Below are positions 29,262-39,694 of a DNA stretch of 64,000 nucleotides, in pieces. The notes under the pieces were generated by a model, which saw nothing but the letters and a program-made list of their open reading frames with translations, had not been told where the DNA came from and did not search any database. The stretch is from an uncultured archaeon (GTDB lineage Archaea; Thermoplasmatota; Penumbrarchaeia; JASLWR01), in the NCBI GenBank assembly GCA_964342815.1, contig CAYFHS010000009.1, positions 64,686-128,685 on the forward strand, read 5' to 3'. Positions within the stretch are counted from its first letter, which is position 1; each line of letters begins with the position of its first letter. The position numbers and the translations under genes were made by a program.

Positions 29262-30272
29262 ATGCGTAAATTCGTAGCCTTCCAAAGAGCAATAATCATT
29301 CCTATGAATATTACATTCATTTTATTATTCTCGGTAAATGTCATCATATTTCCATCCGAGGGGGAGGATATATTAAAAATCGAACACAAAGCACAGTCCG
29401 ACTCGAGATTTCGCGCTTCGATCGATTTGAAAGGAAAAATCGCATACGCCGAGTATCAGAATAATGAGGTCGAAGGATACGCCAATATGAATGGAAATAT
29501 CACCATCGATGATTGGGGGGTAGAGACCTCTATCGTGATCAACCTAAGAGCTATCAGTGATATTTGCAACACAGAAATTCATCCGGAGATTATTTACTTA
29601 ACCCGTCTTTCTCCCCAACATGTTGATTTTCGAGTCCAGGTAATTATACCGAAGGAAACTCCTGCTGAACTGGAATTTTCAATAAACGTAACGGGTACTG
29701 TTCAGCTCTCACAAAGTGGTCGTACCGTTCAACTTAATTCGAAGGATTTTATTGCGAAAATGGAAACCTATCATCATTTTTGGTTGCAGTATCACCCGTC
29801 TTACATATCCATCAATAGGGATCGAATTTACAGAATCGAACCTATAATAGTCAATTCCGGTAACAGCAAGGACAACTATAGCATGGAAGTTATTGTAATA
29901 GCTGAAAATAATAATGATCCTGAGATATTTTTCGAATTGGAAAAAGATTATTTCGAGATTCCTGGTTTCAGAAATGAAGGCTCTTACCTCAACATTATCA
30001 TTGGTGAGGAAGCGGATCTCGGTGAATACAAGATCATTCTCCGGATTACGGCAAATAAGACCGTGAGCAATAAAAAGAACTTATGGGTAGAGGAAGAGGT
30101 AATCACAGTTTTCGTTATCGAACCGGAGGAATACAAGGGAGAAAGCGGGATGTTCATGGTGCTTATGATCGGTTTCATCATAGGAGTGGTCATATTGACT
30201 ATATTCTTTCTGATGGTTCGTGTATTGTTAAGATGGATTCGTAAACGTGTCAAACGAGATAAACAAATTTAA
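29262..30272 (+). CDS. Surface protein with Ig-like domains and C-terminal TM (choice-of-anchor T-like)
   Basis: N-terminal hydrophobic segment, beta-rich body, IVNSGNSKDNY, C-terminal TM plus RWIRKRVKR. Confidence 0.6.
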   Translation: MRKFVAFQRAIIIPMNITFILLFSVNVIIFPSEGEDILKIEHKAQSDSRFRASIDLKGKIAYAEYQNNEVEGYANMNGNITIDDWGVETSIVINLRAISDICNTEIHPEIIYLTRLSPQHVDFRVQVIIPKETPAELEFSINVTGTVQLSQSGRTVQLNSKDFIAKMETYHHFWLQYHPSYISINRDRIYRIEPIIVNSGNSKDNYSMEVIVIAENNNDPEIFFELEKDYFEIPGFRNEGSYLNIIIGEEADLGEYKIILRITANKTVSNKKNLWVEEEVITVFVIEPEEYKGESGMFMVLMIGFIIGVVILTIFFLMVRVLLRWIRKRVKRDKQI

Positions 30273-30436
30273 TTATTCGTTTACACTGAAATTCATCCTT
30301 ACTATAAAGCATTATAATGTTGCCATATAGGACCAAAGTAATATAAATAATAAAGTAACTCACCCGTCAAAATTGTTCCCTACCCATATTGTGTTCAATC
30401 CAATATATAAACACTAATCAGGAGTGCCTGTCCCAC

Positions 30437-31057
30437 ATGTACCGGATCATCAGTAAACAAGATACTGTTCGCATACCTCCATCAAAGTTGGAGGAAGATT
30501 ATGATAGTACTATTACCGAATTGACAAAGTACACTTTTGAGGGTACCATCGACTCATTCAGGAATCTCACCCTTTCGATCTCGGAAGTCTTACCTATCGG
30601 ACAGGGGCATATAGTACACGGTGACGGTAGCGTTTATCAGAGGGTCGAATATAGTGCATTAATATTTGCTCCGCCTCGACACGAAATAGTACATGGAGTT
30701 GTAATCGAGGTGCTGAAATTCGGTGCTTTTGTGCGGTTTGGTCCGCTCGAAGGGCTTCTGCATATCAGCCAGATAATGGATGATCACGTGGATGTGGACC
30801 TGATGAACGAGCGGTTGATCGGGAAGGAAACCGGGCGGGAGATCAAGGTTGGAGATCTTATCAGAGCAAGGATCGTAACGTACAAGATAAACGAAAGAAA
30901 CCCGAATGAGAGCAGAATCGGTCTTACTATGAGACAACCGGGATTAGGAAAATTGGAATGGCTGGAAGAAGCCCGAAAAGAGCTTGAGGCTGCGAAGAAG
31001 GGTACAAAGGTCGAGGCGGAAGTGAAGAAATCTAAACGGAAGGGGAAAAAAAAATAA
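30437..31057 (+). CDS. rpoE1: RNA polymerase subunit Rpo7 (E')
   Basis: VRIPP, GDG, FGAFVRFGPLEGLLHISQ S1 domain, RIGLTMRQPGLG. Confidence 0.96.
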   Translation: MYRIISKQDTVRIPPSKLEEDYDSTITELTKYTFEGTIDSFRNLTLSISEVLPIGQGHIVHGDGSVYQRVEYSALIFAPPRHEIVHGVVIEVLKFGAFVRFGPLEGLLHISQIMDDHVDVDLMNERLIGKETGREIKVGDLIRARIVTYKINERNPNESRIGLTMRQPGLGKLEWLEEARKELEAAKKGTKVEAEVKKSKRKGKKK

Positions 31058-31079
31058 CATAATCGGGGGTTGAAAGCGA

Positions 31080-31268
31080 ATGGCCGAGATATTGAAAGGA
31101 TGCAAGGATTGCCAGGCTCTTACGGAATTGAACAAGTGTCCCCATTGCGGTGGAAAGATTTCCTCGGACTGGAGTGGCTATCTCGTGATAATCGATCATA
31201 CGAGATCTCGTATCGCCAAAAAGATGTCGGTAAATTTCAACGGAAAGTTCGCTCTTAAAGTAAGATGA
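31080..31268 (+). CDS. spt4: Transcription elongation factor Spt4 (RpoE'')
   Basis: CKDC...CPHC, SDWSG, KFALKVR; position after rpoE1. Confidence 0.95.
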   Translation: MAEILKGCKDCQALTELNKCPHCGGKISSDWSGYLVIIDHTRSRIAKKMSVNFNGKFALKVR

Positions 31269-31346
31269 TCTAACCGTTTTTTCATGAAACAAATAGCGAA
31301 AATAACATACAAAACCTTATGTCACCGAAATTATCTATAAGAAACA

Positions 31347-31874
31347 ATGTACATACTGACTGAAAAACTAAGAAACGAATATAAAAGACTGTTTGGCAAA
31401 CTCATCACAAAACCCACGAAAGCCTCCTTAATAGAAGCTATTCGGGATCGAAGTCCCGTTGTGAGCGTGGGAGATATGGTCACATACACACTGCTGAGAT
31501 TCGACATCCATATGGATATTGCAGTTGTAGATTACAAAACATGTCGGGGGACCTTTGCAAACGCAGACGCGATCCGGTCCATGACCCCGAACAAACATAA
31601 CATCACTAATGATCCGGGAACCGTATCTGATGAGGCATACACGGTTGTAAAACGGGCTATGGAAAGAGACTTCCCCATAAATCCGACTCTGCTAATAGAG
31701 GTGGATGGGGAAGAGGACCTGTTACTGATGCCAGCGGTTGTCCATGCGCCCGGTAACACTGTGCTGTTCTATGGACAGCCAAATGTCGGTATGGTTGCGG
31801 TGTATCCCGATAACGAACTCAAAAAAACCATGATAAATTTCCTTGAAATGATGGAGGATTCAGATGGAGATTGA
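31347..31874 (+). CDS. GTP-dependent dephospho-CoA kinase (DUF359)
   Basis: SVGD, VVDYKT, GEEDL, YGQPN.G; conserved synteny. Confidence 0.88.
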   Translation: MYILTEKLRNEYKRLFGKLITKPTKASLIEAIRDRSPVVSVGDMVTYTLLRFDIHMDIAVVDYKTCRGTFANADAIRSMTPNKHNITNDPGTVSDEAYTVVKRAMERDFPINPTLLIEVDGEEDLLLMPAVVHAPGNTVLFYGQPNVGMVAVYPDNELKKTMINFLEMMEDSDGD

Positions 31875-32172
31875 AGTACTGGAAGAAAAAGAGAACCGCC
31901 TGCTCAAAAGAAAGGAGATTCGGTTCAAAATAACTCACGAGAACGAGGCCACCCCCAAGAGAAGCGAAGTGATTTCTCAGCTTGTCTCGGACATGGGTAC
32001 ATCCAAAGATAAGATAGTCGTCGATAACATTAAAGCCGAATTCGGGCTCCCTCAGAGTAAGGGGTATGCAAAGGTGTACAAATCGAAAGAAGATGCTCTC
32101 TATTTCGAAAAAAAGCACATACTCAAAAGGAACAATCTGAAAACCGGCGAATCCAAGAAGAAAAAGAAGTGA
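31864..32172 (+). CDS. rps24e: 30S ribosomal protein S24e
   Basis: [15 protein letters not shown]...SKGYAKVY. Confidence 0.96.
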   Translation: MEIEVLEEKENRLLKRKEIRFKITHENEATPKRSEVISQLVSDMGTSKDKIVVDNIKAEFGLPQSKGYAKVYKSKEDALYFEKKHILKRNNLKTGESKKKKK

Positions 32173-32176
32173 TAGG

Positions 32177-32344
32177 ATGGGAAGGACAAAGAACGTCAAG
32201 GTTCCAAAACTTTATCAAGTGAAGGGAAACAAAGTATTAAGGAAAAAAGAATCCTGTCCTAAATGTGGAGAAGGAATATTCCTTGCAGAGCATAAAGACA
32301 GAAAGACCTGCGGAAAGTGCTCATATACGGTTTTTAACAAATAG
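32177..32344 (+). CDS. rps27ae: 30S ribosomal protein S27ae (55 aa; not in ORF track)
   Basis: Manual translation [55 protein letters not shown]. Confidence 0.95.
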   Translation: MGRTKNVKVPKLYQVKGNKVLRKKESCPKCGEGIFLAEHKDRKTCGKCSYTVFNK

Positions 32345-32451
32345 TAATGGCCTCTACGTTACATATCCCACACCTCAAACACGGAGGAAATAGAATATCC
32401 GTTCAATTGTAGATTTGTAATTATACTATTTATACAGATATTGGTGATTAA

Positions 32452-33204
32452 ATGGACGAAATAGTTATCCCATCAGAAGCAATCCCCAAAAAAGATATAT
32501 TGGGAACGATGAGACCTATAGAGATCGTTCCGAATTATCTACTGCATCCTCCTGGATCTGTGCTGATATCAGTAGGAAATACGAAGGTGCTTTGTACGGC
32601 CACAGTGGAGGAACGGGTACCGAGGTTCATATATGGAAGTGGGAACGGGTGGCTCAGCGCCGAGTATTCCATGCTTCCGGGCAGCACCCAAGACCGTAAA
32701 AAGCGGGAGACCGGGACCTTCATAAGCGGGAGGACAAAGGAGATCCAAAGACTTATAGGTCGATCGCTGAGAAGCTGTATCGATATGAGAAAGTTACGGG
32801 AGAGAACAATCTGGATCGATTGCGACGTAATTCAGGCTGACGGCGGTTCGAGAACCGCTTCCATAAGCGGTAGTTTCGTAGCTCTAGGGCTTGCCATCAG
32901 GAAAATGATGAAGGAAAGACTGATTACCGAGAATCCCTTAAAAGGTTATATCGCTGCCATCAGTGCTGGTATAGTTGATGGTAAGGTGGAACTGGATCTC
33001 GATTACGAAAAGGATTTCAAAGCCGAAGTGGATATGAACGTGGTTATGAACGATAAGGGGCATTTCATCGAAGTGCAGGGAACCGCTGAGGGAAATCCAT
33101 TTACAAGAGATCAGATGAACGAAATGCTTGATGTGGCCGCATCGGGAATCCAAAAGATAATTGAAAAACAAAGAGAGATAATCGACATCACGCAAATGGT
33201 ATGA
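32452..33204 (+). CDS. rph: Ribonuclease PH, bacterial type
   Basis: GSVL...GNTKVLCTA, GWLSAEYSMLP, GRTKEIQRLIGRSLR, DCDVIQADGGSRTASI, DLDY..D..AEVDMNVVM, EVQGTAEG. Confidence 0.93.
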   Translation: MDEIVIPSEAIPKKDILGTMRPIEIVPNYLLHPPGSVLISVGNTKVLCTATVEERVPRFIYGSGNGWLSAEYSMLPGSTQDRKKRETGTFISGRTKEIQRLIGRSLRSCIDMRKLRERTIWIDCDVIQADGGSRTASISGSFVALGLAIRKMMKERLITENPLKGYIAAISAGIVDGKVELDLDYEKDFKAEVDMNVVMNDKGHFIEVQGTAEGNPFTRDQMNEMLDVAASGIQKIIEKQREIIDITQMV

Positions 33205-33207
33205 TGA

Positions 33208-33756
33208 TCATTTCGACATCTCGTGGTAACCGCAGAACTTGCATTCCTTGTGGTAGTTCTTGTAAACACCGCATTTCGGGCAAAAATCCGAGGCGAATTG
33301 ATACTTTCTCAACTCACCCTTTTCCGTGAACAATTTCGCCTTTAATGAAGGTTTTATAAGGTCCATCTTCACATTCAAAATAGCTTTATCCACCATCAAT
33401 TTCAATTCCTTGAGAGAAATTTCCGCAATTCCCTCGCTCAAGAGATAGAAATGAAGATCTTTAAGGTTCTTCTTTGGGTGCTCATTTACCACAGCATAAC
33501 TGATAATGATGGTCTCTAGATTAAATCCGGATCTATCGTGCTCATCGCGTTCCCTTTGCTCAGCCTTGTTGGCTGCAAAGTGGAGGAGGATTCCTATTAT
33601 TAAAAGAAGTGATCCAATGACAATTGGGGCATATAGTACGGGTTTATAAATATCAAGTTTATCATATGTGATTAAAGAATAGATTAACGAGGTCGCAACT
33701 ACCAATATACCCAATATTACTCCCGCCATTGATAACAATCTGTAACTTTTCACCAT
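33208..33756 (-). CDS. Two-TM membrane protein with C-terminal zinc ribbon
   Basis: Two hydrophobic helices; CPKC...CKFC. Confidence 0.7.
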   Translation of the reverse strand: MVKSYRLLSMAGVILGILVVATSLIYSLITYDKLDIYKPVLYAPIVIGSLLLIIGILLHFAANKAEQRERDEHDRSGFNLETIIISYAVVNEHPKKNLKDLHFYLLSEGIAEISLKELKLMVDKAILNVKMDLIKPSLKAKLFTEKGELRKYQFASDFCPKCGVYKNYHKECKFCGYHEMSK

Positions 33757-33769
33757 ATTTCAACCGGAC

Positions 33770-34183
33770 CTATTTGAATAAGATTTTTTCATACTCTCCT
33801 ACCATCTCAAGCTTTTTATCAAACCTGTCCTTTTTAACGCCTAGTTCAAGTCTCTTGGATTTGTGTTCCATTTCGGTCATCTTATACAGGATCTTGCGTG
33901 AAAGTATCGAGTTGTCCAACTTTATCGAATCCACGTGGTCCATCTCTTCCTTGGTCAGAAAAAGGCCTGCATCCTTAAGTTCTTCCTGCATTTTTTTCTT
34001 GAAAAGCATGTTCATCTTCATCTTCTCGTTCTCGATCTCTTCCAGGCGAATCTGAGTTCTTATGGTGTTCTTCCTGATAATGGCCTGTATGATCACATAA
34101 GATATTAGAAGAAACACCAAGAGTATACCGAACAAAAACAAGGCATCTGTTACTTCCAATCCGAGGATTTCCTTTTGCAACAT
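33770..34183 (-). CDS. Single-TM protein with coiled-coil tail
   Basis: N-terminal TM, charged heptad-like C-terminus. Confidence 0.65.
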   Translation of the reverse strand: MLQKEILGLEVTDALFLFGILLVFLLISYVIIQAIIRKNTIRTQIRLEEIENEKMKMNMLFKKKMQEELKDAGLFLTKEEMDHVDSIKLDNSILSRKILYKMTEMEHKSKRLELGVKKDRFDKKLEMVGEYEKILFK

Positions 34184-34512
34184 TTGAAACCTCTCTTCGC
34201 TAGTTCACCCGATTAAAATTTGTGCGGGTCTCGCAAATCCAATAGATATGGAGTAAGTGAAGATATAAAAATCTTTCCTCTGCTATTATCCTTTCCTTCA
34301 AATATCCCGATAATCCCATACTGGTATGATTAGATACTTTCACCCTTGTCAATCATATTTCGATTATTCTCTTCCCGACAAGAATCTGAAATCGCACGGT
34401 AGTGGTGAACTTTTCAGTGAGATTCCAATCCGAGGCAAAATAATTTTAATGATGTAACTAGATAATGAGATCAATATAAGAATGACTGCAGCAAAGAATA
34501 GGATGTGATTTT

Positions 34513-35067
34513 GTGATGCTTCTCGCGATTATAGGTATGCCGGCTTCAGGAAAAGGTGAGGCAGTGGATTTTTTCAGGGAAAAAGGATTTTACATATTCA
34601 GCTTGGGTGACGCGGTAAGGGAAGAGGCAAATACACTTGGCATAGAACCAAATGCCGAGAATTTAGCAAATCTCGCGAACCGGCTAAGAGATAAACACGG
34701 CAGGGCGGTTTGGGCTGAAAGGACTGCAGAAAAAATTGAAGAATCAAACTTTGAAAATATTATTCTCGACGGTGTAAGAAGCCCAATCGAATTAAGCACT
34801 ATTGAAAACAAAATTTCTCAAAAAGCGTCGATAATAGCAATCCATGCTTCCTCGCGCACCAGACATTCACGAATCATGAAAAGATCACGTAGTGACGATA
34901 CGAAGAATCCAGAGGAGATCAAGGCAAGAGATGAAAGAGAACTGGGTTACGGCCTTGGAATATTAATTTCTTTGGCAGAGTTCATGCTGGTCAACGAAAG
35001 CACTCTTGCAGAACTGAGACATAGCTTGGAGCAAGCATACAAAAAGATCCAAAATAGGGAGAAATGA
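34513..35067 (+). CDS. P-loop nucleotide kinase-like protein (UPF0200-like)
   Basis: GMPASGKG Walker A, SLGDAVRE, DGVRS, RDERELGYG. Confidence 0.85.
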   Translation: MMLLAIIGMPASGKGEAVDFFREKGFYIFSLGDAVREEANTLGIEPNAENLANLANRLRDKHGRAVWAERTAEKIEESNFENIILDGVRSPIELSTIENKISQKASIIAIHASSRTRHSRIMKRSRSDDTKNPEEIKARDERELGYGLGILISLAEFMLVNESTLAELRHSLEQAYKKIQNREK

Positions 35068-35597
35068 ACTGGATGAATTCTGATGAAATCCCCATGTGGA
35101 TTGTTGACCTTGAAGGGGATGATCCAAAAAAATGCTCGGCTAAGAAATTGCTTCGCTTCTCTTTGGCTAAAAAGGTGAAAACGATATATAAATTTCCGCC
35201 CCGGACGATTCTTCTTCATCCGTATGCCACTACGGCTCTATCTCCCTCGGACAGACCGAATACTCAAAAAAGAGGCATAGGGATAATCGATTGTTCCTGG
35301 AGGGATGCCGAAAGAATTTTTTCAAAACGTATTCTAACAACGAAATACGAATCACGGGCGCTTCCATTCCTTTTAGCGGCCAATCCATCTTACTGGGGTA
35401 AACCGTTTCGATTATCCACGTTAGAGGCTTTCTGTGCAGCCTTATATATTACCGGATTCCCAAAACAGGCAAAACGAATTTTGAAAATATATACATGGGG
35501 AAATAACTTTATCGAATTAAACGAAGAAATCCTATTACGGTATTCAAAGGCAGTGGATAGCAGTGAGATAATATCAATCCAATCACAATATTTATAA
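35064..35597 (+). CDS. tsr3: 16S rRNA aminocarboxypropyltransferase Tsr3
   Basis: DPKKCSAKKL, LSPSD, IDCSW, RALPFLLAANP, LSTLEA. Confidence 0.92.
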   Translation: MNWMNSDEIPMWIVDLEGDDPKKCSAKKLLRFSLAKKVKTIYKFPPRTILLHPYATTALSPSDRPNTQKRGIGIIDCSWRDAERIFSKRILTTKYESRALPFLLAANPSYWGKPFRLSTLEAFCAALYITGFPKQAKRILKIYTWGNNFIELNEEILLRYSKAVDSSEIISIQSQYL

Positions 35598-35804
35598 TAT
35601 TTCAACATAATCTACTACCAACTTATCAATAATAGTTGATAATTAATACATATGACCGTAATCTATTTATCCCGTATAGGATGCAAGCTCTCGGAATTGA
35701 AACCGGTTCCATAGAGTCGATTTAACTAAGTTGAATGGTCGTATGGCTTCTACGTGACAAACATTAAAATGCTTCCCTAGTAAATGATAACGGAGGATGG
35801 GACA

Positions 35805-36491
35805 ATGGATAAGATATCCACCGGCATATCCGGTCTGGACAAGATATTGAAAGGAGGACTCATTTCCGGACGGAACTATCTGATAACCGGACCACCGGGA
35901 TCCGGAAAGAGCACACTTGGATTGCACTTCCTCCGCGAAGGCTTGAGTAATAATGAAGATGTCCTTTTCGTTTCTCTCTGTGAAATTGAAGAAGAGCTGA
36001 AAGAAAATGCAGGATTATATGATTGGGATGTTAAGGGAATAGACCTTCTCTGTATAGATCTGGTTGACGTCATGGAGACCCCGGAATATAAGAATTTCAG
36101 ATATTTCGAGAACCTTTTTTCGGTAATGTTCGCAAAAAAGAACTACCAAAGAATAGTATTCGATTCTCTGAAGAAGATCACCTTGATGGAGCCGAAAATC
36201 GAAGCAAGGAGACGAATACTTAGATTAATGAGTGCGTTGTCATCTCACAAAGACTGCACGGTGTTATTTTTAGATGATGTGAACAAACGTTTTAATTCCA
36301 TTCAGATGTATACTCTCGCAGGTATAATCAGGTTCTATTTCACGCGCACTCCCGGGGGAAGGGAAAGAGCCATCGGTATAGGTAAGATGAGAGGTGAATT
36401 CACAGATGAGCGAATTCATCCGTATACCATCACAAGAAATGGCATTGAGGTCTTCTATGATAAGGTGTTCTTTGAAAAATTGAATATCTGA
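35805..36491 (+). CDS. Single-domain KaiC/RAD55-family ATPase
   Basis: STGISGLDKILKGG, GPPGSGKS, IVFDS, KMRG; GGAGG SD before ATG 35805. Confidence 0.88.
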   Translation: MDKISTGISGLDKILKGGLISGRNYLITGPPGSGKSTLGLHFLREGLSNNEDVLFVSLCEIEEELKENAGLYDWDVKGIDLLCIDLVDVMETPEYKNFRYFENLFSVMFAKKNYQRIVFDSLKKITLMEPKIEARRRILRLMSALSSHKDCTVLFLDDVNKRFNSIQMYTLAGIIRFYFTRTPGGRERAIGIGKMRGEFTDERIHPYTITRNGIEVFYDKVFFEKLNI

Positions 36492-36631
36492 ATCCGTGAC
36501 GATCAAACAATGCAATAATCTCATATCCCACGGAGCCGGTGTTATATGATGAAAACCGTTCTAGCTGAACAAATGATGAACCCTATGAGTTCTGATAACA
36601 CCTTTAATCATTTTAATAATGGAGAATATCC

Positions 36632-38551
36632 GTGGTAGACGTACAAGAAATCAAGGGGCAGTTACTTAACGTATATAATTCCATGAACTTCTTAAAAAAG
36701 ATCGGTGTCCCGGTTGATTCCTTCAACAAGAATATAAAAAAAACCATGGAGCTTCTAAAAAAGGGGAACCTGGCCGAAGCTAAAGAAGAAGTTTTATTTA
36801 TTAGAAAGGAGACCGGTCAAATTCTCACCCGAATGGACAATATTCACAACGGCCTTCTGCAAATTGAAAAAGAGATTGCAAAGATGGTCAAAAAAGGTAT
36901 GAACACTGTCGCTTTGAGAAGATTGTACAGCCAATGTCGGTTGGCTCTGAAGGATAAGGATTACGATCAGGTTCAGTTATTCATAATCAAGATGGATAAA
37001 ATAATCGAGATGTATAATTTTCTCGATGGACCTGCGCTTTTGGTTGACGTAAGTGATGGGGAGATGATCGAGGAAATAATTACAGGAATGGAAGTGGATG
37101 CTGCGCGGAGAAAAAAAAAGGTAAACGGAAAAATAACTTTATCACACCAAGGAAGGTACACCGAAACATATGAGGATCTTCCTATTCTAGTGCCTCTTTA
37201 TGATGACGACGAAACTGAAGAAAATGAAATTCCCGATAATAAACAACCTGGGGATAGAGAATATCCTGCCGAACTGCCACAAAGGAACAACAAAGATGAT
37301 TTAAAAAGGGACGAAAGAGAAATTGGAAAAGCAGCTAGTGGGACGGTAGAAATCGATTGGGGGAAAGAGGAAGAAATCAAAGTGAATAAAAATAATGAAT
37401 TGCGATCTCGCGTTGTATCGATTAAAACAATGTTAAGAGAGAACGACATTGTGGATGATGATCTGGTGAAAGGTGCTCTTGTACTTGAGAAACTGATGGA
37501 CAATAAAGACCAGATTGGAGCCAACGAGCTTGCGGATGAACTGGAAAAGCTTCTGCGAGATTATATAGAACGCAGGGAGATGGGGAAAGTAACAAAACTT
37601 TATGGAGAAGCGAGACGCAGTCTCCTTGAGCTTTCTGAAATGGAGATAGATACAAAAAATATCAAGATACTGTATGAGAGGGCGATAAAATTGAGAGATG
37701 AGCAAAAGCTGGATATTGCCTCGCGACTTTTCAGTGAGGTGATCAGTATGTGCCATGAAAGTGAGATTTCCTCACATAGAGAGAAAGAGCTGGGCTGGAT
37801 AAAGCAGTTAAAAGAAAAAATGGATCGAATTCCATCAAACCTTCTGGATAAAGCTTCCGCTGAAAAAGAAATTGAATGTATATTTAATAAATTGAACGAG
37901 GGGGGAGAGATTGGAGAGGAAACAAGTGAATTGGAAAAGAAGATCGAAAACGCATACAATTCGTATATGAAAGAGAATCTGGATGCCCTGGACAGGTTGT
38001 TCTCAGCTAAAATTGAGAAGGTTGAAGAAAAAAATATCCCCGTCAATTCACTACATATCATAAGAGAAAAAGCAAGAGCAGCTCTTCTTAAGGAAAACTG
38101 GGACGAGGCAGGTGAACTGTTCAAACGCGGTCTTGACGAAATCGAATTAACATCGATAATCGCGAATCATAAAATTGAACTTGATAGATTCGAAAAAGAC
38201 CTCGAATTTCTTGAGAACAATGAAGCAATATTCATGGAAACACGGGAATATCTTACCCAATGCAGGAATATGATTATGCGTCGTGATGAAGAAAATTTTT
38301 GCATATTATTTCAGAAAGCCAGGGAACTTGCCGGTGAAGATATTACCCGCTTAAAATCATATTCATACCTCTCTCGACTTGAGAATTGTGTTGGTGAGCT
38401 GTCTCAAGAAGATATGAGAGAGAATTATACAAAAAGATATTTAGAGGCAAAATCTAAAAGCGATGAGGGGCGATATACCGAATGCCTTGAGTTGACAACG
38501 TTCTTGATAAATGAAATAACTGTTAAAGCTCTAGAGAAAATAAGTCAATAA
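36632..38551 (+). CDS. Large alpha-helical / coiled-coil hypothetical protein
   Basis: 639-aa ORF rich in E/K/L with helical-repeat character and an acidic linker; no catalytic motif recognised. Confidence 0.75.
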   Translation: MVDVQEIKGQLLNVYNSMNFLKKIGVPVDSFNKNIKKTMELLKKGNLAEAKEEVLFIRKETGQILTRMDNIHNGLLQIEKEIAKMVKKGMNTVALRRLYSQCRLALKDKDYDQVQLFIIKMDKIIEMYNFLDGPALLVDVSDGEMIEEIITGMEVDAARRKKKVNGKITLSHQGRYTETYEDLPILVPLYDDDETEENEIPDNKQPGDREYPAELPQRNNKDDLKRDEREIGKAASGTVEIDWGKEEEIKVNKNNELRSRVVSIKTMLRENDIVDDDLVKGALVLEKLMDNKDQIGANELADELEKLLRDYIERREMGKVTKLYGEARRSLLELSEMEIDTKNIKILYERAIKLRDEQKLDIASRLFSEVISMCHESEISSHREKELGWIKQLKEKMDRIPSNLLDKASAEKEIECIFNKLNEGGEIGEETSELEKKIENAYNSYMKENLDALDRLFSAKIEKVEEKNIPVNSLHIIREKARAALLKENWDEAGELFKRGLDEIELTSIIANHKIELDRFEKDLEFLENNEAIFMETREYLTQCRNMIMRRDEENFCILFQKARELAGEDITRLKSYSYLSRLENCVGELSQEDMRENYTKRYLEAKSKSDEGRYTECLELTTFLINEITVKALEKISQ

Positions 38552-38576
38552 TAACGAGAGCAAAGGTGAACTGCAC

Positions 38577-39656
38577 ATGGAAGAAACGAATTTGTACGAA
38601 CTGCTGGATATTCCAATGGATTCTTCGGTCAAGGAGATCCGAAAAGCCTACAAGAAAATGGCCCTGATGTATCATCCGGACAAGGTATCGAATCTTGGAC
38701 CGAAATTGAAAGAGGTAGCCAACGAGGAGATGAAGAAGCTAAACAATGCAAAGGATATACTTCTGAATGAGGGGGAGAGAAATGCATATGACGCAAGTCT
38801 CAGAAGGAAGGAAATGCCCGTCCCCGTAGGCACGGCTCCCGGAAAAGACCAGATAATGCAATTCAACAACATCCTTATCAGTGCAAGGAAATTCATGGAC
38901 GACTTAAGAAAGATCAACGGTGACGTTCGGGAAGCTGAAAACTTCTTCATTCAGGCGAAATATGCTGTAAACAAGGGTGAGCTCAGCCGAGCGATTGAGC
39001 TAGCACAGCATTCGAAGGAATCGGCGAAATCCGTATTGTACAAATATGCGGTCAACGTGCTGCTGTTGACGAAAGAAAAGCTTGTTAAACACAGGGACCG
39101 GGGAGTGAACATAGGCGCAGCTTTCGATAGATTCCTCGAGGCCAGGAACGCTATGATGGGGGATAACTATCTTGAAGCAGTGGACATATCGGTGGAAGCG
39201 GTGAACATTGCAAACGAAATTGCCAAAAAAATGATGGGACCCGCGGTGGAAGTTAAAAAGAAGGTTCCGCAAATACACCGGGAAATAGCGGAGGAAAAGA
39301 TATCCGAGCCCCAGGTAGTTCCCAAGGGCTACGTGGCAAAGTGGGATGAAGAATCCCATAACGAGGACGTTGATGTCTACAAATCTTGTCTGGAAAAGGT
39401 ATGGGCCGACGGGGTTGTCACCAAGGAGGAACAGGACGAGCTAGACCAATTAAAACAAAAACTCGGTTTCGGCAAGGAAGAGCACGAAAAGCTGGAGAAA
39501 GAGGTCCGCGAAGGCAGGAGAAACAATGTCAAGATTTACATGGATGCCATGATGAAGGTTCTGGAGGACGGCATCATCGATGATGACGAACATGACCTGC
39601 TGGCTACTCTGAGGGATGAGCTGAAACTTGAAAAAGACTCGGAGTTTTCGATATAA
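38577..39656 (+). CDS. J-domain protein with helical middle and duplicated TerB-like C-terminal motif
   Basis: LYELLDI...IRKAYKKMALMYHPDK; DGVVTKEE and DGIIDDDE repeats; no G/F-rich region or CxxCxGxG. Confidence 0.85.
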   Translation: MEETNLYELLDIPMDSSVKEIRKAYKKMALMYHPDKVSNLGPKLKEVANEEMKKLNNAKDILLNEGERNAYDASLRRKEMPVPVGTAPGKDQIMQFNNILISARKFMDDLRKINGDVREAENFFIQAKYAVNKGELSRAIELAQHSKESAKSVLYKYAVNVLLLTKEKLVKHRDRGVNIGAAFDRFLEARNAMMGDNYLEAVDISVEAVNIANEIAKKMMGPAVEVKKKVPQIHREIAEEKISEPQVVPKGYVAKWDEESHNEDVDVYKSCLEKVWADGVVTKEEQDELDQLKQKLGFGKEEHEKLEKEVREGRRNNVKIYMDAMMKVLEDGIIDDDEHDLLATLRDELKLEKDSEFSI

Positions 39657-39694
39657 ATCCACCAATATTAATTGGTCCAATTCAACGCTTGGGT

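Noticed and set aside
32452-33204. Exosome subunit Rrp41
   Set aside because: The motifs are those of bacterial RNase PH, and no rrp4/rrp42 neighbours are present
35805-36491. Circadian KaiC clock
   Set aside because: Single domain only; no kaiA or kaiB
38577-39656. Canonical dnaJ of a dnaK operon
   Set aside because: Lacks the G/F region and CxxCxGxG repeats; no dnaK or grpE adjacent
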